Shown: positions 12,901 to 24,136 of the stretch, one piece after another
Numbering within the stretch: position 1 is the first letter of the stretch
Layout of the letters: each line of letters opens with the position of its first letter
Source of the DNA: Nitrospirales bacterium
GTDB lineage: Bacteria; Nitrospirota; Nitrospiria; Nitrospirales; UBA8639
NCBI GenBank assembly: GCA_965203295.1
Contig: CBDBCZ010000013.1
Location: 544,001-608,000, forward strand
DNA: 64,000 bases
Reading direction: 5' to 3'
The notes under the pieces: generated by a model
What the model saw: only the letters and a program-made list of their open reading frames with translations
What the model was told of the DNA's origin: nothing
Databases searched by the model: none
Translations under genes and position numbers: made by a program

Positions 12901-15900
12901 GCAATCACTCTTCCTATACTGTACATTGCAAACTCTTCAAGAGATGATAAGTTTTGCTGAGAAAGTAAAGATTTCCAGAAAACCGGGACCCAGTTTGGGA
13001 TTGAGCCCAGGACCTTCTGAATACTTGTCAGATGCTCTTACCAATTGAGCTACTGGAGCCCCTTGGCAGAGGAGCAGTAGGCAAGCTTCATATAGCCACT
13101 AAACCCGCTAGTAGCACTTGCCAGTAGGACCCAGCCAATTCCAGCTGTAATTACTCTCTCATTAGGCCTCTCCCCCCATCTCCTGAACACGATAATGTGC
13201 TACACCCATACTTAGCCTGGATCAGTCTGCCGGGGTAATTAAACCACCAAAGACACAGAACTGAAAACTAAGTTGTCACATTGCAAACTCTTCAAAAGAT
13301 GATAAGCTTTCTGAGAGAATACATTGTAATGTAACGAGTAAAGGTGAGCATAGATGCAGATGTAGCCTCGAACCCAGGCCTTTAATTCCCTGAAACTTAA
13401 AAAACTTAAAAAGAGCAAAATAGCTTAAATTACTTTCCTATTTTTGTTTCGCGAGTGCGGGGAAGGCCTGGGTTCAAGGCTACTGCAGATGTATACTAGA
13501 AGTCTCTAGCAGAGACCAGGAGCATGTGCTCCGATACCCGCCACTCCTTGACTCTGGAGACTGGACCCTACACTTGTATAAGGTTCAGAAAATGTACATC
13601 TACCCAGGGGGCCATACTTGAAAAAAGGTGTGACGTGCACCCACCGAGTTGGTTGGTTGTTTCAGCAGGACAGCAAAAAAGGTTCCAAAAACTAGGAGAT
13701 TTTTTTGAAGACAAGAGTTCAGATTTTGGCAGTACAAGCAGTAGAGGACGCCTCATATCCATTCTGTATCACAGCCTGTACTTGCATGCAATAGTGACAC
13801 AGATCTCACGTCATTGCTTACTCGGTAGCAGCTTGCCGCTGCCTTCAGCCATGATCGCTCAATCAGTAAGTGCTAAGTTAGGGTTGGGTCAAATTAGTTA
13901 ACCATTTTATGATGTCAATGTATGGTTAATTAACTATTTATGACGTAATTAATTGGGCGAGCGTGAGCGAGCCCCACACTAGTGTGTTCAATTGCAAGTT
14001 TGTCTGTGCGTACGGTGTACGTACGTACGTACGCACATACAGCATATCGTTTCGCGTTTCAATATAACGTTTCAAATAGTTTCCGTAATATTCCAAATTG
14101 TTCTCGTGGCCACGGTGGCTGCAGTGCAGCTAGCTTAGGGATGCTCTCACAGAGTAGACGGTAGTGGCAAAGGTTACAGCGTTGCCGTATATATCCCCAG
14201 ATTGTCGATAAGTCACATGGGAACAGCAGAGAGCGAGTTCTAGAGCCAGAAGAGTTTTCATTTCTCCAGGCCACCGACAGTGACACTGAGACGAGAGAAG
14301 GAGCCAAAAGAGCTGCTGAGAGCGCGTCGCCGCTAACGTACGCATGGGCTAATACCTCGCTCACGCTCGCCCCACAATGCTTTGCAGTCACCTAGTTATA
14401 ATTATGACACTTTGTGATGTAGTTGGTAGGTTGTTTTGGTCTGCAAGGAAGGGGCTGTGCATCATGGACTTTTTTTGCTGGGGCCTCCTGATCTACCCAG
14501 CATATGTGGGTTGTGTAAAAATAACTATCTGGTGAAAACACTAAACACTTCCTAAAATGATATAGCGAATGGGTCAAGCTTGATCCTGTGAGCACACTGG
14601 TACTGTAAGATCACACTATAATCACTTCCCAGAGCTGTATCCTGCACTTGTATAAGGTTCAAAATACATGTATCTGCCCAGCAATTTAGGTCTGTCATGA
14701 TTAATTTATGCTAGAGAGAATACTGCTGCTTCCTGGTGAGATCAAGCTTGAATCATGGCAGTGTGGCCACACCTGGTGTGAGATCACTGATGACTTCCAG
14801 GAGTTGTATCCTGCACTTGTATTAGGTTCAAAATATCTGTCCAGAAAGGGCTGTATGAACATAGTTATGTGGTGAGAAAACTGACAGTTCCTGGAGATGA
14901 TGTAGCTAATGGGTCAAGCTTGAAACTTGAATGGAGGGTGGCTACACCTGGTATGTGTGAGATCACTGATCATTTCCCAGAGTTGTATCCTGCACTTGTA
15001 CAATGTTCAAAGCATCAGCCCTGTGAGAGGTGTAGGAGCATAATTATCTCTCCTGAAGGCTTTTCAGGGAGTAATACCTTTTTTCTTTGTGGCCCAAATA
15101 AGGATAAGTAGTTTGTACCAATATGAACATTTCCAGAAACTTGTGAGCAAAAGTTTATATGTCAGGTCTAGAGTTACAGGGGCTTCACGTAGATGGTGAT
15201 TATTGATGATTAGAAGTGCAGTGTACAGAAGCGATAGCTGGGAGCCGACTAGGCCCTGTGCTACTTGTGAAGCAAAAAACGTGGGATTTACGTTGTCTGC
15301 TGAGTTATTTAGCACAAATATTATGTAACTAATTTCATTAACAAGCACCAGTGTAGCCTTCACACATATATTCCCTTTTCCTCCTCCCTCCCTCCCTCCC
15401 TCCTCTCCCAGGCCATGCAACGGATGTTCTCAGAATGCCGTCTAATCCATGCTGACCTCAGCGAGTACAACATGCTTTGGCACGAGGGTCGGGTGTACTT
15501 CATTGACGTGAGCCAGTCTGTGGAGCCCTCTCATCCCCACGCTCTGGAGTTCCTCCTGAGAGACTGCACCAATGTCTCCTCTTTCTTTTCCCGTGCGGGG
15601 CTCAGTGACGTCATGACCCCTCACCAACTCTTCAACTTTGTCTCTGCCCTCGACATCAATGCTAGCAATGATCAGGAGTTTCTGGCTCAAGTGAGTGCAC
15701 ATGTACACATTGCACTTTACTTTTTATGTTAAATTCGTACCATGGGTTTCAATATGGTACATGGATGTACCCTGGCTTAAAAGGCACCGCCTAGGTACAT
15801 GGGGTTTTGTACACTGTAGCGGTGCCTTTCAAGTGACCTACAGCTATGGTACAAGTGCGGTTGTAGCTCTACCAGATATCATAACATGCTCCACTACAGC

Positions 15901-16603
15901 TTGGGTAAATAGTCTCGTACAGAGCCTCTGAGGGGTCTGGTACCCAGTCCAAAGTGTTCGGGCGGCATTGCATCAGCGGTTCAGATTTTCAACCGGCATT
16001 GAGATTGGTCGACTAGTGCTGTAACAGATGTCACAGTTACAGCACTTAATTACCAGTAACAGAATTCATGTGGAAGTTTAATGCATCGTAATATGTCACC
16101 TACTGTAGATCAGGAGATTTTCGTCATTACTGAATGCTTTCCCTATGACTACAAAAAAACATGAACTGTTTTCAACATCGAACCTCGACCAATAACGCTA
16201 CACTTCTAGTGTGCCGAAGCAACAAAAATAAAACAACGTGAAAATTTAACAGACGAATATTTATACAAGCCAAATTTTTCCATTCTATGGTATTTGCTAC
16301 AGTTGCTAAAACTGTGCTTGTATATGTTTTGGAGGGTACCAGGACCTTCTTTCGCTCTTCAGAGGTATCTGGACACGAGACTAACTCCAGTTTAGCCTGT
16401 AGCTGACTGTACGTGTGTTCGTCTGATTTCCCTGGCCACAGATTCACACCCACACCAAGAGGCAGCGTCTTGCGGACACCATGCACTCCACGACACAGCC
16501 CTATCCCTTCGACTACTACTTTGAGGAGAGCCGGAAGACCAGCGGCGTGCACCCACAGCAAAGCTCCAGCAGCGACAGCGAGACCGAGTGTGGAGGGGAG
16601 TGA
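3934..16603 (+). CDS. RIOK3: Serine/threonine-protein kinase RIO3 (10 coding exons, ~537 aa)
   Basis: Exons 3934-4100, 5003-5166, 7091-7195, 7750-7865, 8701-8811, 11195-11361, 12171-12353, 12707-12866, 15412-15690 and 16442-16603 all have GT-AG boundaries and join in frame. RIO3-specific N-terminal motifs: SDLLLAQMMQLEFDREHD..DSKVRVSFENFR, TTKHDPILCGRKN, RLHEKKEHST. RIO kinase core: [48 protein letters not shown]. Confidence 0.95.
6305..6347 (+). ncRNA. Degenerate minimal (Penelope-type) hammerhead-like motif
   Basis: tgcc-cttgagga-agtttacagtacgacaacc-gaaa-catt-ggca: stem I (tgcc/ggca) and GAAA are retained, while the core and stem II are mutated. Confidence 0.35.
7399..7504. mobile_element. 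Short pogo/Tc1-mariner-like MITE with TA flanks; related 'aaggacac...agaggggttccactgta' fragments recur in nearby introns
   Basis: ta|cagtggaacccctct ... agaggggttccaatg|ta terminal inverted repeats. Confidence 0.65.
9583..9964. mobile_element. Non-autonomous TIR element
   Basis: Inverted termini ataggggctttccaaaaccacgccc ... gggtgtgttttggaaagcccttat. Confidence 0.55.
11559..11978 (+). mobile_element. Helitron/Helentron-like non-autonomous element
   Basis: A-rich flanks, 5' cagccgga matching 3' tccggctg in inverted orientation, an internal (CAAA)n tract, and a GC-rich 3' hairpin accagccg-ttcgcgcgctgcgtgcgctc-cggctggt. Confidence 0.45.
12985..13061 (-). mobile_element. tRNA-derived (Thr-AGT-like) SINE head or pseudo-tRNA inside a RIOK3 intron
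   Basis: The minus strand reads gggctcca-gtagctcaattggtaagagc-a-tctga caagtat tcaga-aggtc-ctgggctcaatcccaaa-ctgggtccc. It has an A box, an anticodon stem and a mutated B box/T stem. It lies between ~30-bp direct repeats (acattgcaaactcttcaaRagatgataag at ~12923 and ~13278). Confidence 0.6.
13363..13482. mobile_element. TAGCCTCG...CGAGGCTA-family short MITE with ~9-bp target duplication
   Basis: TIRs tagcctcgaacccaggcc / ggcctgggttcaaggcta; flanks atgcagatg / ctgcagatg. Relatives lie at ~21050, ~21927, 48450-48548 and ~53238. Confidence 0.65.
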
Positions 16604-17570
16604 ACTAGACCTTAGCCATTATATTTTTTTGGTAGTACTATCATATGGGTTTAATTCAATAGCTATTTTATCCATCTTGCAGGTGTATTTATATCAAATT
16701 GTAGCATTCAACAGACTTTTTTTGAATTTTTAATTGGGTCATTTGTAAGGAGTGTAGGCAGGGGTGGTTGAACATAGCCAGTGCAAACATAATTCGAAAT
16801 GGTTAAAATTTCACTTATTGTTTGGAGTTCTTAACCTGGATAGCCAATCATTGGGTAGCTGAACCGTTCGCCATCACAGCTTACGGTCTCTGTTTCAGCA
16901 GGATCACCACTTGGGATCCTAAGAGATTGCTGTGTTATGTGTTATGTGTTATGTGTTGATAAAGAATGTTTAGTTTAGCAAGAGCAAGATCACCAGAAAG
17001 CAAATCCATGCAGATGGGCAGAATGAATCTACAAATCCCGATGGACAGACTGAATAGCTAGCTATGTGATAACTGAGATAACTGAAAGGGTGCGAACCAG
17101 AGAGCGTTAACACAAAAAAGTTATGTGTTTCAATTTTCACTGCAAAAATATGCAGTTGTATTGAGTAGGTAGTGCATGAATTGCAGATGTCTGAGTATGG
17201 AGGTATTAGTTAGGACTCACAGTGCATGGTGGTTTGTTGCTTACAACGATATTTGGCATTTCGTACAAATTGTGAGTCTTTTGTCTACATGGGACTCGAC
17301 ATACCAAATGGAGAACCTCCTACAGTTGTTATGTTGAGTTACGGTGGATAAAAAGGCTCACAAAAATGCATGACATGTAAAGTATTGTAGTTAAGTAACA
17401 AAATACGTATCACTTTGAGGCCTAAACTCCTACATGCATACCTAGCAAAAATAACAGTTCATTTCATGTCAACAGGTATATACTCTGACATCTACAATTC
17501 AGCTAACCACTAAGTAGTCTTTTTTTGGCTGTGAATACATATTCAAATCACACTTTTATATTATGATTGA

Positions 17571-17764
17571 AATTTCCAGTACTTGATTTTGGGTTGACCC
17601 CACTATAAGCTCTCAGCCCTTCAACTGTGAGACTCGTGTACTAACAAAGTCCATGGTGAAGTACAAATTTCCAGTACTTTATTTTGGGTTGACCCCACTA
17701 TAAGCTCTCAGCCCTTCAACTGTGAGACTCGTGTACTAACAAAGTCCTTGGTGAAGTGCAAAAT
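17571..17764. repeat. Direct tandem duplication of ~95 bp
   Basis: aatttccagtactt..gggttgaccccactataagctctcagcccttcaactgtgagactcgtgtactaacaaagtcc occurs twice. Confidence 0.9.
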
Positions 17765-17862
17765 AATACAGGGGACTAGTATAATTATAGCCGGAAAGTA
17801 ATGTAACGGCAGTGTGGGGATGAGGCTCAACTTGTGAGGAGTGTGAAGCTGCTAGCCTCAAA

Positions 17863-18243
17863 TAGGGCTGAGCCTATTGTGCTCAAATAAATACCTATTT
17901 ATATGCTATGCTGCATTGCTCCAAAATCTTCCTATTATGCTCAACAAATGCCCCTATTATGCTCAAATTATGCGCTTTAAATGTGACCCTCACAGCGAAA
18001 ATCAACCATCTGGACTGTTTTAAGTATACATGGGTGGTGAGTATTTTCATAATTTCTAGTATGTTCGCTGCTATTTTACCACGGTTTGACGGTAAGACAT
18101 TGGTAGCTTGCTAAGTTTCCGCTACACATTAATTAAATGGCGTAATTTCCCCCGAGAATCTACCTATTATGCTCACATTGTGCTCAATGCTTTTGCGTAC
18201 CTATTATGCTCATTTTAATGCCGGCCTAATCGGCTCACCCCTA
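17863..18243. mobile_element. hAT-type MITE
   Basis: TIRs tagggctgagcc / ggctcaccccta with an exact 8-bp TSD gcctcaaa (17855-17862 and 18244-18251). Confidence 0.8.
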
Positions 18244-19044
18244 GCCTCAAACCCCCATTTGAGGCTACGAAGCTGCAGCTACTTGGAGTGTATTCCAAGT
18301 TTAGGCTTGTCAATGACATGTACTACTTTTTGCTAGGTACAACAGCATCACAAGATTTGTAACAACAATGCTTGAACTCTATCGTAATCACTCGAATTTA
18401 AGTCTTCTATCAAGTGCTCGGTCTAGGTCACACCCAAGAAACACTAACGCATACTATTCTTGAACACAATACTATATTGTATGGTTGTTGAAGTCTATCT
18501 CAAGAGTTATTTGGGGTAATATTCTATGTAATAGCGTTTATCAGATTTAGTACTAGTAATTCATTGCTGTGTCTCACTCTTCTCTCTTCTGTTCTGAAAG
18601 CTCTCAAGCCTGCAACTGTAAATTTATTGGCTACAATTATTGGCATGGTTAAATATAATCTGCTGAAGATGCTGCCTTGGGGCAGCCAATAAGAGAGGTT
18701 AGTTGCACTCACATTCCACAATTCAGACTCCCTGAGCTTGACAGTATAATTGTTTTGTCTCCACTTAATTATTAATTGCTGGGTGTACATGTACATACAT
18801 GCTTGTACTTCTGTTGTATGCAATAATATGATAATGCCCCACCCGGGAATACACCCCTCAATAACTCAAAACAATTAAGACTGAATAGTTAATTCACTAA
18901 GACTGACATAGACTAAATAGCAGCTGCAAAAGACACACTATTAATTTTAATGTCAGAAAATAAACCACAAAAGCTAAAAGACATGCATTGTCTGTTGCAG
19001 CTAGTATATTTTTAGTTTGTAGACAGCTAAAGATGCCATCACAG

Positions 19045-20013
19045 TTATGTATTGTCGGTGCAGTATGATTTTCTGTCTGCGTCAGGGGTATGGTCTCTCC
19101 AACTGTCTACAATCAGAACTATCCGCTCATCAGGTCCGTCGTGTATGACTTCGTGCTCAAAAGAACTATCAAATGTGAAGGCTTTGCACGTTTGCCACGC
19201 CCTCCACTCTCCGCCGACACGAATTTGCGCACCACCAGAGTGATAGACGGTAAAGTGAGTTCTCAGTGCACAGTTGGTGGGGCCAGTGTGAGGGAGTATT
19301 CTACTGCCAGGCGTCAGTTTGGAGAGCTTTACAAAGGTGATGTTCGAGATGAACGGTTGTATAGAGTTCAGTATTGCTGGAAACATTGCAGAGATCTCTT
19401 GAGAGCCACCAAGCATGGCATCATATAGCACCAATGTCTTCCAACTTCCATAAAAGGTTCTTTCGTTCTCCTGCTCAACAATCATGTTATTAGAAATGAA
19501 AGCACTGTTCCTGACCACTTCGCCCCCTATCTGATTGCAATTAGACTCCAGTGAGTCTCTGAGAGGCTGGAGTTCCTCATCGTGCCACGGTTCGCTGTTT
19601 AGTTCCTTGCAGCACTGAAGCAAAGGCCTCTGATGCATGCTAGGCCAGTACCCAAGGAGAATGCCTTGCTGCCAGGCCTTTCTTGCGCACAGATCGTTAT
19701 GTAAGTGTTGATAAGAACTCCCAATTTCCGAAATGAATACGGAGCTGGCGTTTCTGTCGGCGCCCAGAGCGCAGTATATGGCAATCTTCTGCTTGGAAGT
19801 TAGGCTGGAACCAAACTTTTTCAGAAAGGCGTCAACTGCGACCTTCTCCCAGCCGACCTTTACCGCGTGGTTTCGCAAAAGGCCTGCGAATCTTTCGGCG
19901 TATGAAGACAATTCTTTATCGCGGAGTATAACTTCCGGGGCACAAAGGTCGCCGCACGAGTACGCCAGGTGAGCGCTTGCACTAACGATTACTAAAAAAG
20001 TAAGGCCATTCAT
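19045..20013 (-). CDS. Intronless aspartyl/asparaginyl beta-hydroxylase-domain protein (Fe(II)/2-oxoglutarate dioxygenase, ASPH-like), ~322 aa, with N-terminal signal peptide
   Basis: The C-terminal domain PGSRILPHTGPTNCALRTH...WQTCKAFTFDSSFEHEV...RIVLIVD matches the ASPH motifs PHTGPTN.RLR.H and FDDSFEHEV. The ATG at 20013 gives the signal-like start MNGLTFLVIVSASAHLAYSCG. Confidence 0.85.
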   Translation of the reverse strand: MNGLTFLVIVSASAHLAYSCGDLCAPEVILRDKELSSYAERFAGLLRNHAVKVGWEKVAVDAFLKKFGSSLTSKQKIAIYCALGADRNASSVFISEIGSSYQHLHNDLCARKAWQQGILLGYWPSMHQRPLLQCCKELNSEPWHDEELQPLRDSLESNCNQIGGEVVRNSAFISNNMIVEQENERTFYGSWKTLVLYDAMLGGSQEISAMFPAILNSIQPFISNITFVKLSKLTPGSRILPHTGPTNCALRTHFTVYHSGGAQIRVGGEWRAWQTCKAFTFDSSFEHEVIHDGPDERIVLIVDSWRDHTPDADRKSYCTDNT

Positions 20014-20897
20014 CTTGTTCGTTGCACAAACAGTGAGCAGTAGCACATAATTGCAAGCTAGGGACTCGATTTCCAAGTACTATAAAAACACGCAGGCGGG
20101 CTTTTGTTTATAACTAAGTGGGTGCTCGTAAATTGCGGCAGGAAGTCTGGAGGATCAAACGCGCGCCAACCAGCGGCCAGACCACCACACCCTCTAACAG
20201 CCATAGGAATGCAGTGGAAGTGACAGGAACCTATAACCGCAAATATGTTAAGCGGGCGCTATCTACATTGTCTAGCTTTTTTGGCATCTGTGTAGCCCGG
20301 ATTCGAGGCAGTTTCACCGTGTGCTGTGATTGCCTGCATTAAAAGATTTAAGTATACTGATAGATCATAAACCATGAACAGAGACCCTACCAGACGCTCT
20401 CCCCCGCCAACGAATATCGCGAGGCATGATTTTACGTAGACGTAAGTTACGCGTAGCTATACGCATGAAAATGTTGTGTGCTAACGCCGCCTCCGGAAGT
20501 AGTGTAGACTTGCAAGTTGCAACTCGGACGCCAATTTGATTGTGCTTTCATCATATTTCGCGATCGTCAACGTGCATAGTCTACGTTCTTTTCGAGCTTG
20601 AGCGTGTCGTGATACGGCTTGGATTCTCCGTTTCTTCAACCGTTAGTGAGTTTTCCTAACCAGAAGCACACCCTCTTGCATAGCTGTGTTGATCATATAG
20701 TAATTATGCCCACTCCATTGTGGTGGCACTTTGATGCTACATGTGCGTATGCGATGCTGGTGGGCACTGCACTCTGGTGTAGCCCCGCCCCTTGTGAAAA
20801 CAGGGGAAATGAAAAAGGCCAATACAGAGTGTATACCAGACGCTCTATTTTTACTAGTCAGAGCTACATAGTATTGTTCTCGGTTACTGTTGTACTG

Positions 20898-21048
20898 CAG
20901 GTAACGAGTGTGTGTGTGTGTGGGGGGGGGGGGGGTGGCTTGGATACGAGCAGGTAACGAGTGTGTGTGTGTGTGGGGGGGGGGGGGGTGGCTTGGATAC
21001 GAGCAGGTAACGAGTGTGTGAGTGTGTGTGTGTGGGGGGGGGGGGGGA
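20898..21048. repeat. Triplicated ~53-bp unit containing CAG|GTAACG, (TG)n and a poly-G run
   Basis: caggtaacgagtgtgtg...gggggggtggcttggatacgag repeated about three times. Confidence 0.8.
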
Positions 21049-21151
21049 TGTAGCCTCGTACTCAAGCAAGCCATGTGGCTTGGATATGAGGCTAGGGGGA
21101 ATGAGGTATATTATCATGAGCAAGCCAACCCCCTCTCCTCCCTGTCTCTAG

Positions 21152-21288
21152 GATCTCGGTTCTCCTGCGCTCCCAGGAGGGCAACGACTGGCGCAGCAAG
21201 CTCCCGCCTAACCCAGACGCTGGGAGGGTCCTGGCTGCCCTCTCTGCCGCCAGCCAGAGAGCACACGCCACTGCCAGCAGCACACAGG
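21152..21288 (+). CDS. Orphan internal exon of unknown product
   Basis: Strong acceptor (ccctctcctccctgtctctag) and donor (G|GTGAGA). The GC-rich open frame reads ISVLLRSQEGNDWRSKLPPNPDAGRVLAALSAASQRAHATASSTQ, with codon style like the RIOK3 exons. Confidence 0.45.
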
Positions 21289-22285
21289 GTGAGAGCCTGT
21301 CACGCCCGTTACAACCCGGGGCTTTGCTTGAGGAGGTGGGAAGCTGTTATAGGGCCTGGTACATTTTGTGAATCAGTTTGCAAATTGCATCTATAAGCTG
21401 CGCAGTACTAATTAATCCTATGCCTAATTTTAACCCTAGCCCCAGCCCTTGCTCAAAATCTAATCCTAAGCATAACCCTACCCTTTACTGCTATAAATTT
21501 ATGAATTGCTAGAGCTATTTACAACTGTGCACTAATTGAGCTGTGTGCAAGTATCTACAGAGTCACTGGTGCGATATCATAGTAAGCTTACTCTTCAGCT
21601 TATGAACACTCGGGGAGGGGGGGGGGAAGGGGGGAGACTACTAATGCAGCTGCAGATAGCTGTTTTGTCTTACTTAACATTAGGTTACTCTTTGCATGCC
21701 ATGGGCACATTTATGTTCCCATATAAAATATGTACGTACTTTATATTAACGCCTAATATAAAAAGGCCAATATAAATTCACATTAGCCTTATGGATGTAT
21801 TAACTTGGCTGGGAAAGAGTTAAGCTTGTGACCCACTGTGCTATTGTATAGTAGCATACCAGACATATACTGTATGTTGATTCAGTTGCTTAGCCTAACA
21901 ATGGATGAGTGAGTTACGTACCTGATAGCCCCGTACCCAGGCCTTCCCTCACGAGGCTAATTACGTTACCCAACCTCATCTGACTTAGTTAATTAGCTGT
22001 TGGGAAGTGTGTATGTATTGATGAAGCCACAGGATTGTATAATTGCGAGGATGTCATTTTAGCAACCTACTTACCTCATTGCTTAATACAGTCGAGTCCC
22101 TCTAATGTGGACACCTTACAGACCTAGTAAAGTGTTCTGTATAGAGAGATGTCCTCATTTCAGGGGTAGATTTCTACTTAGAAAGCCTATTTGGGACATA
22201 GCAGAATGTTCCCCTGTAGGTAACCATGTGCTCGTGCTCCTCCCTGTGATACTGTATTTGGTTATTCTGGTTACATTGCTCTTTT

Positions 22286-22985
22286 GTAGTTGGGTTACCT
22301 ACATGAAGACCCCGGTCTGAGTCTCGGTAGTTGGGTTACCTACATGAAGACCCCGGTCTGAGTCTCGGTAGTTGGGTTACCTACATGAAGACCCCGGTCT
22401 GAGTCTCGGTAGTTGGGTTACCTACATGAAGACCCCGGTCTGAGTCTCGGTAGTTGGGTTACCTACATGAAGACCCCGGTCTGAGTCTCGGTAGTTGGGT
22501 TACCTACATGAAGACCCCGGCCTGAGTCTCGGTAGTTGGGTTACCTACATGAAGACCCCGGTCTGAGTCTCGGTAGTTGGGTTACCTACATGAAGACCCC
22601 GGTCTGAGTCTCGGTAGTTGGGTTACCTACATGAAGACCCCGGTCTGAGTCTCGGTAGTTGGGTTACCTACATGAAGACCCCGGTCTGAGTCTCGGTAGT
22701 TGGGTTACCTACATGAAGACCCCGGCCTGAGTCTCGGTAGTTGGGTTACCTACATGAAGACCCCGGCCTGAGTCTCGGTAGTTGGGTTACCTACATGAAG
22801 ACCCCGGTCTGAGTCTCGGTAGTTGGGTTACCTACATGAAGACCCCGGCCTGAGTCTCGGTAGTTGGGTTACCTACATGAAGACCCCGGCCTGAGTCTCG
22901 GTAGTTGGGTTACCTACATGAAGACCCCGGCCTGAGTCTCGGTAGTTGGGTTACCTACATGAAGAGACCCCGGCCTGAGTCTCGG
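22286..22985. repeat. 41-bp minisatellite, ~17 copies, two variants
   Basis: Unit gtagttgggttacctacatgaagaccccggYctgagtctcg, head-to-tail with no spacers. Confidence 0.97.
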
Positions 22986-23542
22986 CATGCTATTATGTCA
23001 TCCCTCTGTTTTCAGTTTGATTACTTCATTTCCTCTATAGTTGTGGGGTATATATAGAGGATATTGTTAATATTTGTTTGCCCAACATCATTTTCTTGGA
23101 ATATTGCAGCATTTTAATGGTTTTAGTATACATGGACAATGAGCCCTCTAATGTGGATAATTTGGAGACATGGCAAAGTGTACATGCAGTAGTAGAAACG
23201 TTAGAACATAGAAATATAACCGAATACTTTAGATCATCTCTGTTGATGGACTCTAAATATACCCAGGAGACATGATCTAAAGTAACTGGTATAATGTTAC
23301 TATGATAATAATTTTCTTCTAGGAAGCAAGTTCAGAATAGGGTTTGCCATATTAACTTATACCAAATCTGGTCAGCCTCACTTTCAGCTTTTCTCCCTTG
23401 CTGTATGCAAACAAAGCTGGGACGGCTGAGTGTAAGCCTAAAGCTCGGTCTAATTAGAGAATAGCTGCCCATTGCTTATACGTATATACGGAGCACCAGA
23501 AGTCTTATATATAGGACTATCAATTTGACTAAAGAACTCTTA

Positions 23543-24136
23543 TTAACTCTTTACCAACCAATGACGCAAATATGCGTCATGAGCTCCCATAAGCCCATAT
23601 GAATTTATATGGGAGGTTTAGGTTTAATATTAGGCGTTAATACTTAGTACAGGCAATTCTGCTTCTTTACACTGCTAAAAATTTGGCAACAGTTTGGTTA
23701 TTGGAGTTACATCTACATGTATGTTGGACTCATTTTATCCATTAGTAGCTACAATCACAGTCCTGCCCTTTTGGTGAATCTATATAACTCTTGCTGTAGT
23801 TCCCAAAACAGACCATAAACCGTGTGACTATCTGCCCAGTAGTGCATGTAGGTCGAATGTCTATCACAGTTGTACTTTCTGGCTACATAATCTGTGTAGT
23901 ACAAATGCTGTCACAAGTCACGATTTTTGCTTAATTGTTGCTACAGGCCTTCGACATGTTACATGATCTCCCCATACTATGATAGCCGTGTAAGGTACTT
24001 CAATCAGCAGAGCTTTGTTCTTTTGTCTTGACGATATGACAGATGGCAACTCTAGTAACCAAACCATTCAGTGTATAAGCTGTTTCTTATGGTTGGTAAT
24101 GGGTTAAGCTGTTTCTTATGGTTGGTAAAGGGTTAA
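23543..24136. mobile_element. piggyBac-type non-autonomous element (TTAA ends) with a nested TA-flanked CACTG...CAGTG element at 23670-24073
   Basis: Outer ends: TTAActctttaccaacca ... tggttggtaaagggTTAA. The inner element has subterminal inverted repeats gtttggttattggagttacatct / agatggcaactctagtaaccaaac. Confidence 0.65.

Noticed and set aside
12985..13061. Functional tRNA-Thr gene
   Set aside because: The T arm/B box (GGCTCAATCCCAA) and anticodon loop deviate from consensus, and the acceptor pairing is imperfect.
22286..22985. CRISPR-like regular array
   Set aside because: Units are head-to-tail with no unique spacers, there are no cas genes, and the context is eukaryotic; it is a minisatellite.
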